Shown here one piece after another: positions 1 to 9,633 of a stretch of DNA of 64,000 nucleotides. The DNA lies in NCBI GenBank assembly GCA_963732115.1, contig CAVSYN010000034.1, positions 362,354-426,353 of the forward strand. Direction: 5' to 3'. The stretch is from an uncultured Bacteroidales bacterium (GTDB taxonomy: Bacteria; Bacteroidota; Bacteroidia; Bacteroidales; VadinHA17). Position 1 is the stretch's first letter; each line of letters opens with the position of its first letter. The position numbers were made by a program, and so were the translations under genes. The notes under the pieces were generated by a model. The model was given only the letters and a program-made list of their open reading frames with translations, had not been told where the DNA came from and ran no database searches.

Positions 1-1619
1 ATATGGCCTCCAACCCAATAACCAAGCGCAAGTATGGTAAGTGCAGGGTTATAACCACCATTATTGACATGAAGACTGCCATCGGCAATGAAGATATTAT
101 CAATTTCATGTAACTGGCCAAATCTGTTGGTCACCGAGGTTTTAGGATCATTCCCCATGCGACAGGTGCCGGCCTGATGCTGGCTGGGTGTACTTACCTT
201 ACCGGGAACAGCTTGCCAGGTACGAAAGGCCCCTGCTTCCTTCAGCCATTTTTCTGCTTTATCGGCAAGGAAATGTGCTACTTTAATATCATTATCGTGC
301 CTTAGACCGCTGATCCGGGCAACAGGTATCCCCCAGAAATCCTTGACTACTGGATCTACCTCAACCTTTTTGTCAAATACCGGCATTTCCTGTACGGGTC
401 CATGCACGGCGATATGTCTTTTAAAGTATTGCTTCTGAAAATCTTTATGATCCTTTCCCCACATCCTGCTGCCCGAAGGGCGTATTGAGGTGAACTGGTA
501 TGGCATCCGAATAAATTCATTGCACAACACTCCGCCTCCGATAATGTCAGCAAAGCGATGATTGAAGTCGTTTATTGCAATACAGGCACCCGGGCCTACA
601 TCGTCATACACCTTCTCCTCAAAAAGGCCGTAAGCTCCTGTATATGCATGATCCTGGATATTCCTACCTATCCAGCCATTATTATTCCCTGCACCATTTG
701 GGAATAACTTTGATTTGGAATTTAGCAGAAGTCTTGCAGTTTCGCTGGCGGAAGCTGACACAACTACCAGGTCTGAAGTCTGTTCCCGCAGTTTGTTATC
801 TGCATCAAAGTACTTTATGCCTTTAGCTCTGCCCTTTTCGTCGATTATAATTTCACTCACCATGGAGTTTATCCTGAGTTCACAATTTCCCGTTTTTAGT
901 GCAACAGGAATTACGGTATTCTGTGTACCCGCCTTGGCACCTACGGGACAGGCAAAACCTACACATGTCCTCATACGAATGCAGGCAGGACGACCATGAT
1001 AAGGCACTGAATTTCTCAGCATGGGTATTGGAAAAGGATGTAAACCCAGTCTTTTCGCAGCCTTTTCCAGAATAATTCCTTCACTGTTAAATGAAAAGCC
1101 AGGCATAGGATAAGGATTCTTTCTTGGCGGAACGTATGGATCGTTTGTTGGATCACCGGCTACACCTAACTCATATTCAGCTTTCTCATAATAAGGTTCC
1201 AGTTCATAATAGCTCAAAGGCCAATCATCGAGAGTACTTCCGGGTATTGCACCATATTTGGTTTTAAGGTGAAAGTCTTCAGGTTGAAACCTCCAGGCCA
1301 TTGCCCCGTAACTGACTGTTCCGCTGCCTACGCAGGCCGCATTATTTCCGTAGCTCCACTCGTTCGGGAAAACCTTTTTCCATCCTTTCTTTCCATCAGG
1401 AGCCATTCTCCAGTTGCGCTCATTATCCGGTCCATAACCGCATTTCAGAGGGAAAGTCCGTTGAGATGTCAGTTCATCATCCCCATGTTCGTCGTAGGTA
1501 TGCCATCTCCCTCGCTCAAAGAGCACAACTGTGAGACCTCCTGTAGCGAGTTCCTTGGCTACCACACCACCACCCGCACCTGCACCGATCACGACCGCAT
1601 TAACATGTTTATTTGCCAT
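1..1619 (-). CDS. GMC-family FAD-dependent oxidoreductase, catalytic subunit (last few C-terminal residues lie beyond the window edge)
   Basis: Absent from the ORF track because it is open at the window edge. My reverse-strand translation from ATG 1619-1617 gives MANKHVNAVVIGAGAGGGVVAKELATGGLTVVLFERGRWH... (GxGxxG FAD fold). Near the left edge it gives ...HQAGTCRMGNDPKTSVTNRFGQLHEIDNIFIADGSLHV..GGYNPALTILALGYW, the GMC C-terminal region. The plus-strand ORFs 575-826, 715-999 and 1269-1634 are antisense artefacts. Confidence 0.85.
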   Translation of the reverse strand, partial: MANKHVNAVVIGAGAGGGVVAKELATGGLTVVLFERGRWHTYDEHGDDELTSQRTFPLKCGYGPDNERNWRMAPDGKKGWKKVFPNEWSYGNNAACVGSGTVSYGAMAWRFQPEDFHLKTKYGAIPGSTLDDWPLSYYELEPYYEKAEYELGVAGDPTNDPYVPPRKNPYPMPGFSFNSEGIILEKAAKRLGLHPFPIPMLRNSVPYHGRPACIRMRTCVGFACPVGAKAGTQNTVIPVALKTGNCELRINSMVSEIIIDEKGRAKGIKYFDADNKLREQTSDLVVVSASASETARLLLNSKSKLFPNGAGNNNGWIGRNIQDHAYTGAYGLFEEKVYDDVGPGACIAINDFNHRFADIIGGGVLCNEFIRMPYQFTSIRPSGSRMWGKDHKDFQKQYFKRHIAVHGPVQEMPVFDKKVEVDPVVKDFWGIPVARISGLRHDNDIKVAHFLADKAEKWLKEAGAFRTWQAVPGKVSTPSQHQAGTCRMGNDPKTSVTNRFGQLHEIDNIFIADGSLHVNNGGYNPALTILALGYWVGGH

Positions 1620-2211
1620 TTTCGGGAGATTTAGGATTATATTTACGCCAGCTTAAATCATTGTACCTGTTTTGTCCGATGACATTAGGATAATCAAGTC
1701 CTAGCATTCGATAGCTGATATATTCCCGGTTCCCTCCGTGACCAGGACTGCCATAATAACCCTGCAAAGAATGCTGCCTGACCATGTCAAAGAAATTAGC
1801 CGGCGAGTGGTCTTTCCAATAATTCCCTGAGAATTCTTCCGCTTCCATCTTCTCGAGTAGTGCCGTCTGTTCAGCAAAAGGAAGTTCTTCAAACTTTTTA
1901 CCCTTCATCTGGATTACGGTTTTTTCAAATGCAGCAAGACCTTCACGATATGCAAGCTGATGTTTCCTGTAATATGTGTCAAGTTGCTTGTCGATAAAAT
2001 TTGACACATTGGCCCATTTCCCACCCGGGAAATCATCCGTAGGAATTATCTGTTCAACAATTGCATCGAGCAGGCCTATTTCTTCTTCATTGAGATAACG
2101 CCACTTACTGATTTTATTCTTGCAGGAACTATTAAAGGAGATGAGCACTGCGGCTGTACCTCCAGTAAAAAGTCTTATGAATTTTCTTCGTGAAAAAGAC
2201 TGGTTTACCAT
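1609..2211 (-). CDS. gluconate 2-dehydrogenase subunit 3-like small subunit with Tat signal (partner of the GMC oxidoreductase)
   Basis: 200-aa ORF. The N-terminus MVNQSFSRRKFIRLFTGGTAAVLISF carries a twin-arginine motif followed by a hydrophobic stretch. Its stop overlaps the ATG of the downstream GMC gene by 11 nt. Confidence 0.75.
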   Translation of the reverse strand: MVNQSFSRRKFIRLFTGGTAAVLISFNSSCKNKISKWRYLNEEEIGLLDAIVEQIIPTDDFPGGKWANVSNFIDKQLDTYYRKHQLAYREGLAAFEKTVIQMKGKKFEELPFAEQTALLEKMEAEEFSGNYWKDHSPANFFDMVRQHSLQGYYGSPGHGGNREYISYRMLGLDYPNVIGQNRYNDLSWRKYNPKSPENGK

Positions 2212-2405
2212 TTAATTTAATTTGATTTTATACTTATCCCAATTTAGCATATATAAAATAAATATTATACCCGAATAGACAAATAAATATACCCCAAATC
2301 CACGTGATGTTCTGGCAGGCAGACGAGGTTGCCGGGCAATTCTTAAAATTAAATTATCTAAATTTGATTGGGTCAATAAGAAGAATAATCATTAACCTTT
2401 AATCA

Positions 2406-3338
2406 ATGATAACCAATAACAAAAAAGACTCAATCTTCATGAAAAACCTGTTCCTTTTCATTTTCCTGTGCTTTTCTTTTCATTCCCATTCTGCCATCAA
2501 AGGAGAGCGGACCCTGACTGACCAGATTGAAAACAATGACCAGATCCTCCATGTCCGGGAAGTTTACAAAACAGTTGACACATTCAAACTTAAGATTGAT
2601 ATTTTTTATACAAATCAAGCGTTTAAAAGAGAGAATAATACAGCTATTGTTTTTTTCCATGGAGGTGGTTGGGCTTTTGGTACTCCAGGTGAGTTCTTTA
2701 CAACCTGTGAACGATATGCGAGAATGGGGATTGTGACATATTCTGTAGATTATCGCTTATCAATTGAAAATGGGGTAACACCTCATAAAATGATCAGCCC
2801 GATCGAATCTGTAATGGATGCAAAATCGGCCATGAGATGGGTTCGGGAAAACGCCGGAAAATTCCATATTGACAGAAATAAAATAGTTGCTGCAGGTCAG
2901 TCTGCCGGAGGTCACCTGGCATTATGCACAGCTATGATTGATGATTACAATGAAAAATCAGATAACCTCAGCATAAGCTGTCACCCGGATGCAATTCTGC
3001 TGTTTTCAGCATGTGTAAACGCAGTGGAAGGCTGGTGCGACCGTTTACTGGCTGGCCGCCGGAATAAAATATGGAGCATCTCTCCAGCCCATAATATAAA
3101 GAGAGGAATGCCTCCGATGATCGAGTTCCATGGGGTGTATGATGAACAGGTTCCTGTCTGGACTGTGCAATTTTTTGAAAGTGACATGAAAAAGGCAGGC
3201 AATTATTTTGAACTGCATACGTACGAGGGAAGGAGGCACTATCTGGGAGAGGGAAATCCAAAATATTCACGCTACTTTGATGATGAAATACTTAAGGTTG
3301 CAGATGATTTTCTTCGAGAAAATAATTTTATAAATTAA
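2406..3338 (+). CDS. alpha/beta hydrolase (fold-3 / hormone-sensitive-lipase-type esterase)
   Basis: 310-aa ORF. The likely true start is ATG 2439 (MKNLFLFIFLCFSFHSHSA, signal-like). It has the HGGGW oxyanion-hole motif and the GQSAGG nucleophile elbow. Confidence 0.85.
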   Translation: MITNNKKDSIFMKNLFLFIFLCFSFHSHSAIKGERTLTDQIENNDQILHVREVYKTVDTFKLKIDIFYTNQAFKRENNTAIVFFHGGGWAFGTPGEFFTTCERYARMGIVTYSVDYRLSIENGVTPHKMISPIESVMDAKSAMRWVRENAGKFHIDRNKIVAAGQSAGGHLALCTAMIDDYNEKSDNLSISCHPDAILLFSACVNAVEGWCDRLLAGRRNKIWSISPAHNIKRGMPPMIEFHGVYDEQVPVWTVQFFESDMKKAGNYFELHTYEGRRHYLGEGNPKYSRYFDDEILKVADDFLRENNFIN

Positions 3339-3416
3339 TAGTCTTTCAACTCTTTTATTTTTAAAAACGGGAAGTGACTCGTCTGAAATAGCTTGTCTGA
3401 TCAAAAGATCTCTCAG

Positions 3417-3530
3417 CTGGTTGCAACTTTCCCTTCCTCCAAAATGAGTCTTCCGGTAAAGATGCAACCAGGGATTTTCTTTTTGGTAGCACCGTCTGAC
3501 TTCCTGTAATACTCCAGGATGTGATCCTCC
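3417..3530. repeat. intergenic palindromic repeat (type A): CTGGTTGCAACTTT-N27-AAAGATGCAACCAG plus conserved flank
   Basis: A 14-nt inverted repeat lies at 3417-3471. Together with ~60 nt of downstream flank it recurs at 23655-23770. It sits between convergent genes. Confidence 0.7.
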
Positions 3531-3566
3531 CCATGTCAGGATGGAATTGCCCTGGGTGAATAGTTT

Positions 3567-4166
3567 TTAATAAATCGTAGGAATCAACCTCTTTGTCCTT
3601 TTTTGATAGTCAAGATATTTTTGTCCCATATGCTTAACCATAAACTTTTCTTCAACATTTATGCGATTTAGATATCCCAACAATACGGGAATAATCATGA
3701 GTAAAATTGATATCCAATTTGATAAGCAGGTAGAAATCCCCAGAAAAATAATGAGCTGTCCAAGATACCCGGGGTGCCTTATAATTTTATATAATCCTGT
3801 CTCAATCAGCTCATGGTTTTCTATCTTAGTCACTGTGTAAGTGAACTGTTGTTTAAGTTTCAATATTGAGGTCACTCTGATTATCAATCCAGTTACTGCT
3901 AAAATAGATCCAATTACGAAAAAGGTATTCCAATGATATATCCGTCCTATTTTAGTAGCGGCTATTATAAAAGAAAGCCAGTATCCTATTGAGATTGAAA
4001 TGGTAAGTAACCAAATACTCCCTTTGTCTCCGGATTTAGAGATTTCCCTTTTGTCTTTTTGTCGCCTACTCATGAATATTTCAAAGAATCCATAGAGAGT
4101 TGAAAACACAATTATAAGAATCAACTTAATATTCATTGTTTTGGTATTTATGTATAATTCGATCAA
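3567..4166 (-). CDS. isoprenylcysteine carboxyl methyltransferase (ICMT/PEMT) family membrane protein
   Basis: 199-aa multi-TM ORF, with an alternative start at 4136 (MNIKLILIIV). The C-terminal IIRHPGYLGQLIIFLG...EEKFMVKHMGQKYLDYQKRTKRLIP fits the RHPxYxG / EE..FG..Y..Y pattern of this family. Confidence 0.7.
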   Translation of the reverse strand: MIELYINTKTMNIKLILIIVFSTLYGFFEIFMSRRQKDKREISKSGDKGSIWLLTISISIGYWLSFIIAATKIGRIYHWNTFFVIGSILAVTGLIIRVTSILKLKQQFTYTVTKIENHELIETGLYKIIRHPGYLGQLIIFLGISTCLSNWISILLMIIPVLLGYLNRINVEEKFMVKHMGQKYLDYQKRTKRLIPTIY

Positions 4167-4248
4167 AGTTATCCAGATTCATCAATCTAATTCTGTTTTT
4201 GTTTTTAAAGAACGGTAAGTCTTAATCATTGGTGATTCTGTATGTTTC

Positions 4249-6664
4249 TTATTCATACCTTAAAGCATCTACAGGGTTTCTTGTTGCTGCCCTCCATGTT
4301 TGAAGACTTACAGTTAATATTGCAATCCCCAGTGCAATGATTCCGGATAAGCCAAAGATCCACCAGCTGAGTTCTGTTTTGTAGGCAAAGTTCTGAAGCC
4401 ATTTATGCATAATATACCAGGCAACCGGACATGCAATAACAAAAGCTATTGCCACCAGTTTAATAAAGTCACTGCTGAGCATATACATAACTTCGTCAAT
4501 TCTGGCACCATTAATTTTGCGAATTCCGATCTCTTTGGTACGTTGAATTGATAACCAGGCAATCAATGCAAATAACCCAAGACAGGAAAGAAAAATAGCT
4601 ATTATTGTAAAGGTCCCTACAATTTTTGACAAGCCTTTCTTCCTCCCTGTATTTTTCATTGTATTTATCTTTTATAAAAAAGTACTGAAAGGGGACACCA
4701 GGTGCCAGCTCTTCCCAGGTTTCTTTGATGAGTTTTATAGTTTGAGAATAATATTGCTGATCTATTCTCAGGGTAACATAACCTGCAAGCCAGTTTGCGC
4801 CAGTATATCGGTATACAACAGGTTCAATCTGAGTTTGCATTGATCTGATATTAATATCTTTTAGCACACCTATAACTGTCACCGATTCCTCTTCATGTTT
4901 AAACCGGAGTTTTTTTCCGATTGGATTGTCCCATCCTAATTTCCTTGCCGCTGATTCGTTGATCATGACATTTTTGAACCTGTCGGAAGCAATTGTATCA
5001 GTAAGGATTCTGCCACTAACTACGGGAACTTGAAATACATCTGAAAAATGTTCATCTATTGATGTTACTACCATTTCTCTGGAATCTTCCGGAGAAGATC
5101 CTTCAGGAATGACTGCAAATCTGTTAGGAAAGTTGTTTCCCGGAACATTCTCAGTCAGGGAGACGCCCTTAATATCATAGGCCTTTGCCTCTCTTTGCAG
5201 ACTCTCTGCAAATATCTTTGCAAATTCCAGACGTTTGTTTTCATCTTTAACATGAAGCGGAATAGAAACAAGGTCATTCATCATTGAATCCCAGATCATG
5301 ATTCTTCATAAATGAGATCTGTCTGGTAATAAATAGTTGAGATATAATAAGTATTATGGTTATCACAAACTGGGCAATGATAAATCCTTTCCGTATTCCT
5401 GTTTTGCTACTATGTGCCGATAATCCGGGAACGAAGTATCTGAATCGGTTGATATTTAGAAAATAGAAGTGCCGGATAGATACCTGACAGAACTCCTGTA
5501 AGGATCCCGAAAAGCAGAACAGACAAGATGATCTTTCCATTAGCAAAATTTATATTGATATTCCGTTGAGATAATTCATTAAACCATGGTAAAAACAGTT
5601 TCGACAGAAATACGGCGAAAACGACTGCAATCAAAGAAAGGGTAACAGCTTCCCCAATAAACAGGAATGTTATCTGAAATCTTCCTCCTCCTGCAAGCTT
5701 TCGCAGTCCGGTTTCCCTGGCCCGTTTTTCTGATTGACTCGTGGAAAGGTTAACAAAGTTGGCGCAGGCAATAAATAAAACTGCAATAGCTATTGCCATC
5801 AGAATGTAAAGATAATTTACTGAAACCGGAGGTTTGACATCACCCGCAACACGATTGTCAAGGTGAATATCTTTAAGAGCCTGAATGTCATAACTTTCCC
5901 TTCCTTTAAGATAGTCAGGAAAATATTTCCCCGGGATAGAGGCAAGATCTGACTTAATAGAGTTGACATTCTGATTAGCATAATGTTCTTACAAAAGTCA
6001 TCGATCCTCCTGCCCACCACATATTTGCAAGATCAGGGTGCATCTTCTTCAGTATGAGGTGAGAGACAAGAAGGTCGAACTTAAATATTGAATTCTCAGG
6101 CAGATCTTTCAAAATTCCGGCTACTAGTAAAATTGTAATCTCCTATTATCAACTCTTTCCCCAGTGGGCTTTCATCCCCAAATAATTTTTTTGCGGTGCT
6201 ACCCGTAAGAACGACTGATTCCGGATTATCAAAAACAGTGTTTGGATTACCGTTTATCAATGGGAAATTGAACATTTTCAGGAAACACGAGTCAGCAGAG
6301 TATCCGGTCAGATTGAAAAAGGATTGATCAGCAACCTAACGGGTTCATCATCACTCAAAAAGAGAGACAAACCCGTAGTCATTTCAGCATCTTTAATATC
6401 TTTCCTGACTACCCCAGGTAAAGGGAAAGGTGTTGTAGCCCTGTAATCAGTTCCCCCGGTACCTTTGTTAATTGAAATGATCCTGTAAATCAGTTTAGCA
6501 TCCTTGTGAAAATTATCGTAACTCATTTCAAAAGTCACAAAGTAGAAAATGAGAATGGCGACAGACATTCCTATTGAGAGTCCCAGAATATTCATCAGTG
6601 AAATACTCTTTTGCCTGGCTAAATATCTGAAACCTGTTTTAATGTTATACCAAATCTTATCCAT
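4249..6664 (-). pseudogene. FtsX/MacB-like ABC transporter permease, multiply frameshifted
   Basis: Six consecutive minus-strand fragments in different frames: 6308-6664, 5817-6020, 5410-5799, 5274-5546, 4511-5299 and 4249-4659. They are colinear with the intact 785-aa paralogue at 27017-29374. N-terminus: ..SISLMNILGLSIGMS.. versus ..YSSINILGLTIGVAS... C-terminus: ..RKINGARIDEV..FVIACPVAWYIMHKWLQNFAYKTELSWWIF versus ..RKINGATIPDI..FVIACPIGYYAMGKWLNNFAYKTTIGLWIF. Confidence 0.85.
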
Positions 6665-6742
6665 ATGAATTCTTTTTTTTTACAGTTCAGTACCTGACCG
6701 AAATCCCCGAGTCATTTGAAAAGTTCCTGTCTGGTACAGTAA

Positions 6743-8059
6743 TTATTCAATATTTCTCAGTATATGATTTCCCCATTCCGTTACTATCATAGGGAGTTCC
6801 ATATTATAAATAGTCTTAAAGCCTTCAGTTATATCAGGATATTGATAAAATCTCTTTAACTTATCAATGCCATATTTATCAATTAAGAATTTTATAAAAA
6901 GGCCTGATATTGGGTATGATAAACATTGTCCACTTTTATATGGCCCCTTCCAGAATTCTGTTTTTCCAGTTATTAAATCTTGTATTTCTAAATTGTCCTG
7001 AATTAATTTACAATCATTCGTAATACGCTCAGGATGTTGAAATAATGCAAAAGACGAAGGAATACCTTCATTAAAAAAGGAATTTGGACTCCTTAAATTG
7101 TAATTAAATATAAAATGAACCCCTTCATGTGTTAACAACTCTTTATCAATCCCTACTGTATGAATCAGACTGTCAATCACTAATCCTCCAGTCGAACCGG
7201 GTTTTGGGTCACCGCTGACTATATTTATCTCTAATTGATCCCAATGTATAAAGTATTTTAGTTTTTGTGAAGGTTTCTTTACTTCATAAAGCCTGCAAAA
7301 ATCATCAAACAAATCTATTAAATCATCAATTGAGCCTTGAAACTGACTAATCATTTTGTAGTTACAGGAAAAACAAGCTTCTAAATATTTATTATCAATT
7401 TTTTGAGAGTAGTTTTCCTTTCGGATAAGTGCTAAATCCACAAGACTATCGGATATAAATTTGTTTTCCTTTAAATTACCCAAATAGCTCATTTTATTAT
7501 TTTTGAGGATATAATAATTATATAATCCCATAAAACGTCCAAAGGAAATATTTCTTAAGGCTTCATAAGAATTACCAATTACAGCTGAACATCGTGCACT
7601 TTCGTTAATTATTAATATTGCATCATCAGAATCTGAAAGTTCAATTGGTCCTAGTGTACATTTGCTATTGATAATTTTTAGGGGCAATTCAAAGATTGAA
7701 AGATCATTCAGTTTACCAGTTAATCCAATAATCAGATAATGGCAACTATCATCTAACTTTTTAACATCCTTAATATTTACGATTTTGATCCTGGAGTTCT
7801 GATTTAAAAACCATTGCGATAGATGATCAATAATTTCTTTATTGGTTATAGTATCAAAATCACAGGATAAAACAATTTTAAATAATCTGCTCTGCCCAAA
7901 TTTATTTAATTGAATCATATTAATATCTGGTTGTGCCAATGAGTGCAAATCAATTTTACATTCCTGTGCAGCAATCACTCCAGAAATCAAAACCATTATA
8001 GAAATAAATATATTATTCATAATAATTTGAATTTGTGAGCTTTGTCTTATGGTTTCCAA
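6743..8059 (-). CDS. secreted hypothetical protein with HExxH-x15-E (gluzincin / peptidase_MA-like) motif
   Basis: 438-aa ORF. The probable start is ATG 8020 (MNNIFISIMVLISGVIAAQ signal peptide). It contains ..LTHEGVHFIFNYNLRSPNSFFNEGIPSSFA... No other family features were recognised. The segment is very AT-rich. Confidence 0.55.
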   Translation of the reverse strand: METIRQSSQIQIIMNNIFISIMVLISGVIAAQECKIDLHSLAQPDINMIQLNKFGQSRLFKIVLSCDFDTITNKEIIDHLSQWFLNQNSRIKIVNIKDVKKLDDSCHYLIIGLTGKLNDLSIFELPLKIINSKCTLGPIELSDSDDAILIINESARCSAVIGNSYEALRNISFGRFMGLYNYYILKNNKMSYLGNLKENKFISDSLVDLALIRKENYSQKIDNKYLEACFSCNYKMISQFQGSIDDLIDLFDDFCRLYEVKKPSQKLKYFIHWDQLEINIVSGDPKPGSTGGLVIDSLIHTVGIDKELLTHEGVHFIFNYNLRSPNSFFNEGIPSSFALFQHPERITNDCKLIQDNLEIQDLITGKTEFWKGPYKSGQCLSYPISGLFIKFLIDKYGIDKLKRFYQYPDITEGFKTIYNMELPMIVTEWGNHILRNIE

Positions 8060-8310
8060 AGAAGAGTATGCCAGATTCCGTACTTTTCTGAAAATAATTG
8101 GTCAGCAATTTTAATAGCTGCTCGTTTGCTTATCAGTATATCATTTCTGACACTATCGTATTTATTATCAGTTAATTGATGTACATAGGATTCTGCCTCC
8201 CGTGCATCCAGATGGAATTTAGTACCCTGATGGAAACAAAACAGGCAAATTACAAGAAGATAAGACGCTATTGTCACTATTCCTGCAATTTTAAGCTGTT
8301 TTGATTTCAT
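8047..8310 (-). CDS. small membrane-anchored hypothetical protein
   Basis: 87-aa ORF with an N-terminal hydrophobic anchor (IAGIVTIASYLLVICLFCF). It ends about 25 nt upstream of the probable start of the HExxH protein. No family was recognised. Confidence 0.45.
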   Translation of the reverse strand: MKSKQLKIAGIVTIASYLLVICLFCFHQGTKFHLDAREAESYVHQLTDNKYDSVRNDILISKRAAIKIADQLFSEKYGIWHTLLWKP

Positions 8311-8356
8311 AAATTCTTCGTTTAACTATGGGAATAGGTCCCATTTTTTATTCTTG

Positions 8357-9316
8357 CTATTTGCTGTTATGACATACTGTTATTGCAACACCACCTTTTT
8401 TGTGTCCTTTTCCAACATATTCGTGAGCTTCTGCAAGCTCATCAAACGGGTAACACCTGTCAATAAAAGGTTTTATATTACCAGTCTCAATAAAATCCCT
8501 GACAAGGTCCAGCCGTTTTGAATCAAGTTTCAGGTTTTCATCATCGATGGATGCCTCTGTACCGTTGGAAGTTAGATTCCTGCCAAGGGATTTCTTCAAT
8601 CCTGATGATTTATTCCTGCCTACAGCATCAAAGATGAAATCAAATTTCATTTGAGGATTAAGAGCATCCTGTTTTGTGTAGTCGATTGCTGCATCTGCCC
8701 CCAGGGATTTCACCATTTCAATATTTGAAGTACAGCATATTGCAGTTACTCTGGCACCCAGGGATCTGGCAAGCTGGATGGCAATGATACCGGTTGTACC
8801 TGAGGCTCCGTAGATGAGTACTTCCTGTCCCGGCTGGATATTTGCTTTTTCCATGAACTGAAATGCCAGCAATCCGCCGTATGCTGCCATGGTTGCCTCT
8901 TCATAAGAGATATTTTCAGGTTTCAGTGAGATGCAACCGTTAATTGAATCATTCTCTTTCATGCATTTATATTCGGCGTATGCACCAAGACTGAAACCTG
9001 TAAGACCATAAACCCGGTCACCTGGTCTGAATCTTTTAATGTCCTTACCTGTTGCTTCGATTTCCCCGGAAAGAACTTCACCAATTATGTGATTTCTTGG
9101 TCCTGTAAAGCCCATCATCAGTCGGAACGGGATCATCATGCTCCATGTCACGCGTCCGCCCCTAATATAGATGTCGCTTGCGGTTACGGCAGTGGCATGT
9201 ATCCTTATCAACACTTCATCGTCTTTGGGTTCCGGTTTCTCAGTTTCTACGAGTTTAAGGACTTCTGGTGGTCCGTATCTTGTGCACACGATAGCTTTCA
9301 TTTTGGTAGTATTCAT
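8357..9316 (-). CDS. NAD(P)-dependent medium-chain dehydrogenase/reductase (zinc-type alcohol dehydrogenase / quinone oxidoreductase-like)
   Basis: 319-aa ORF, likely starting at 9301 (MKAIVCTRYGPPEVLKL). It has the GASGTTGIIAIQLARSLGA Rossmann motif and the C-terminal ..EAHEYVGKGHKKGGVAI. Confidence 0.85.
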   Translation of the reverse strand: MNTTKMKAIVCTRYGPPEVLKLVETEKPEPKDDEVLIRIHATAVTASDIYIRGGRVTWSMMIPFRLMMGFTGPRNHIIGEVLSGEIEATGKDIKRFRPGDRVYGLTGFSLGAYAEYKCMKENDSINGCISLKPENISYEEATMAAYGGLLAFQFMEKANIQPGQEVLIYGASGTTGIIAIQLARSLGARVTAICCTSNIEMVKSLGADAAIDYTKQDALNPQMKFDFIFDAVGRNKSSGLKKSLGRNLTSNGTEASIDDENLKLDSKRLDLVRDFIETGNIKPFIDRCYPFDELAEAHEYVGKGHKKGGVAITVCHNSK

Positions 9317-9319
9317 AAT

Positions 9320-9586
9320 TTATTGTTTAATTCTTAATCTTACCCGGAACATTAAGTTACCCTTCCCCGAATTGATAGAAATAAGTATGAGGTTATAATC
9401 TCTTATGATATTCAAAACTCCATGCATTTGTGCTTCATCCTTAAGATTTCCTGTAAGAATTGTATCGTTTCCTTCATAACTGATCTCCATGCCTTCAAAG
9501 CATTCCTTCCATTTGCCATTGAGATGTCCCTGAATTTTTATTATAGTCGTGCATTTCATTTGCTTCATGATTAAACCCTTATGCAA
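9320..9586 (-). CDS. conserved small hypothetical protein (module copy 1)
   Basis: 88-aa ORF, probable start ATG 9568 (MKQMKCTTIIKIQGHL..). By eye it is about 70% identical over ~63 aa to 14957-15187. It has no signal peptide or TM segment. Confidence 0.6.
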   Translation of the reverse strand: MHKGLIMKQMKCTTIIKIQGHLNGKWKECFEGMEISYEGNDTILTGNLKDEAQMHGVLNIIRDYNLILISINSGKGNLMFRVRLRIKQ

Positions 9587-9604
9587 ATGTCAGGTACCCC
9601 CATC

Positions 9605-9633
9605 AAGAAAAAATCACCCTTGAGGGTGATTCG
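9605..9633 (-). terminator. hairpin + U-run downstream of LuxR copy 1 (part of the conserved leader)
   Basis: The minus strand reads AATCACCC-TCAA-GGGTGATTTTTT, about 55 nt after the regulator stop (9689). The same stem recurs at 15205-15233 and 20563-20588. Confidence 0.6.

Noticed and set aside
575-1634. Plus-strand ORFs 575-826, 715-999 and 1269-1634 from the track
   Set aside because: They lie antisense to a continuous GMC oxidoreductase reading frame that shows clear family motifs. Their translations are low-complexity with no motifs.
8047-8310. Small ORF as a truncated NTF2-fold immunity protein (..SKRAAIKIADQLFSEKYG..)
   Set aside because: The resemblance rests on a ~15-aa stretch recalled from memory, and the rest of the fold would be missing. 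It is kept as a hypothetical membrane protein.
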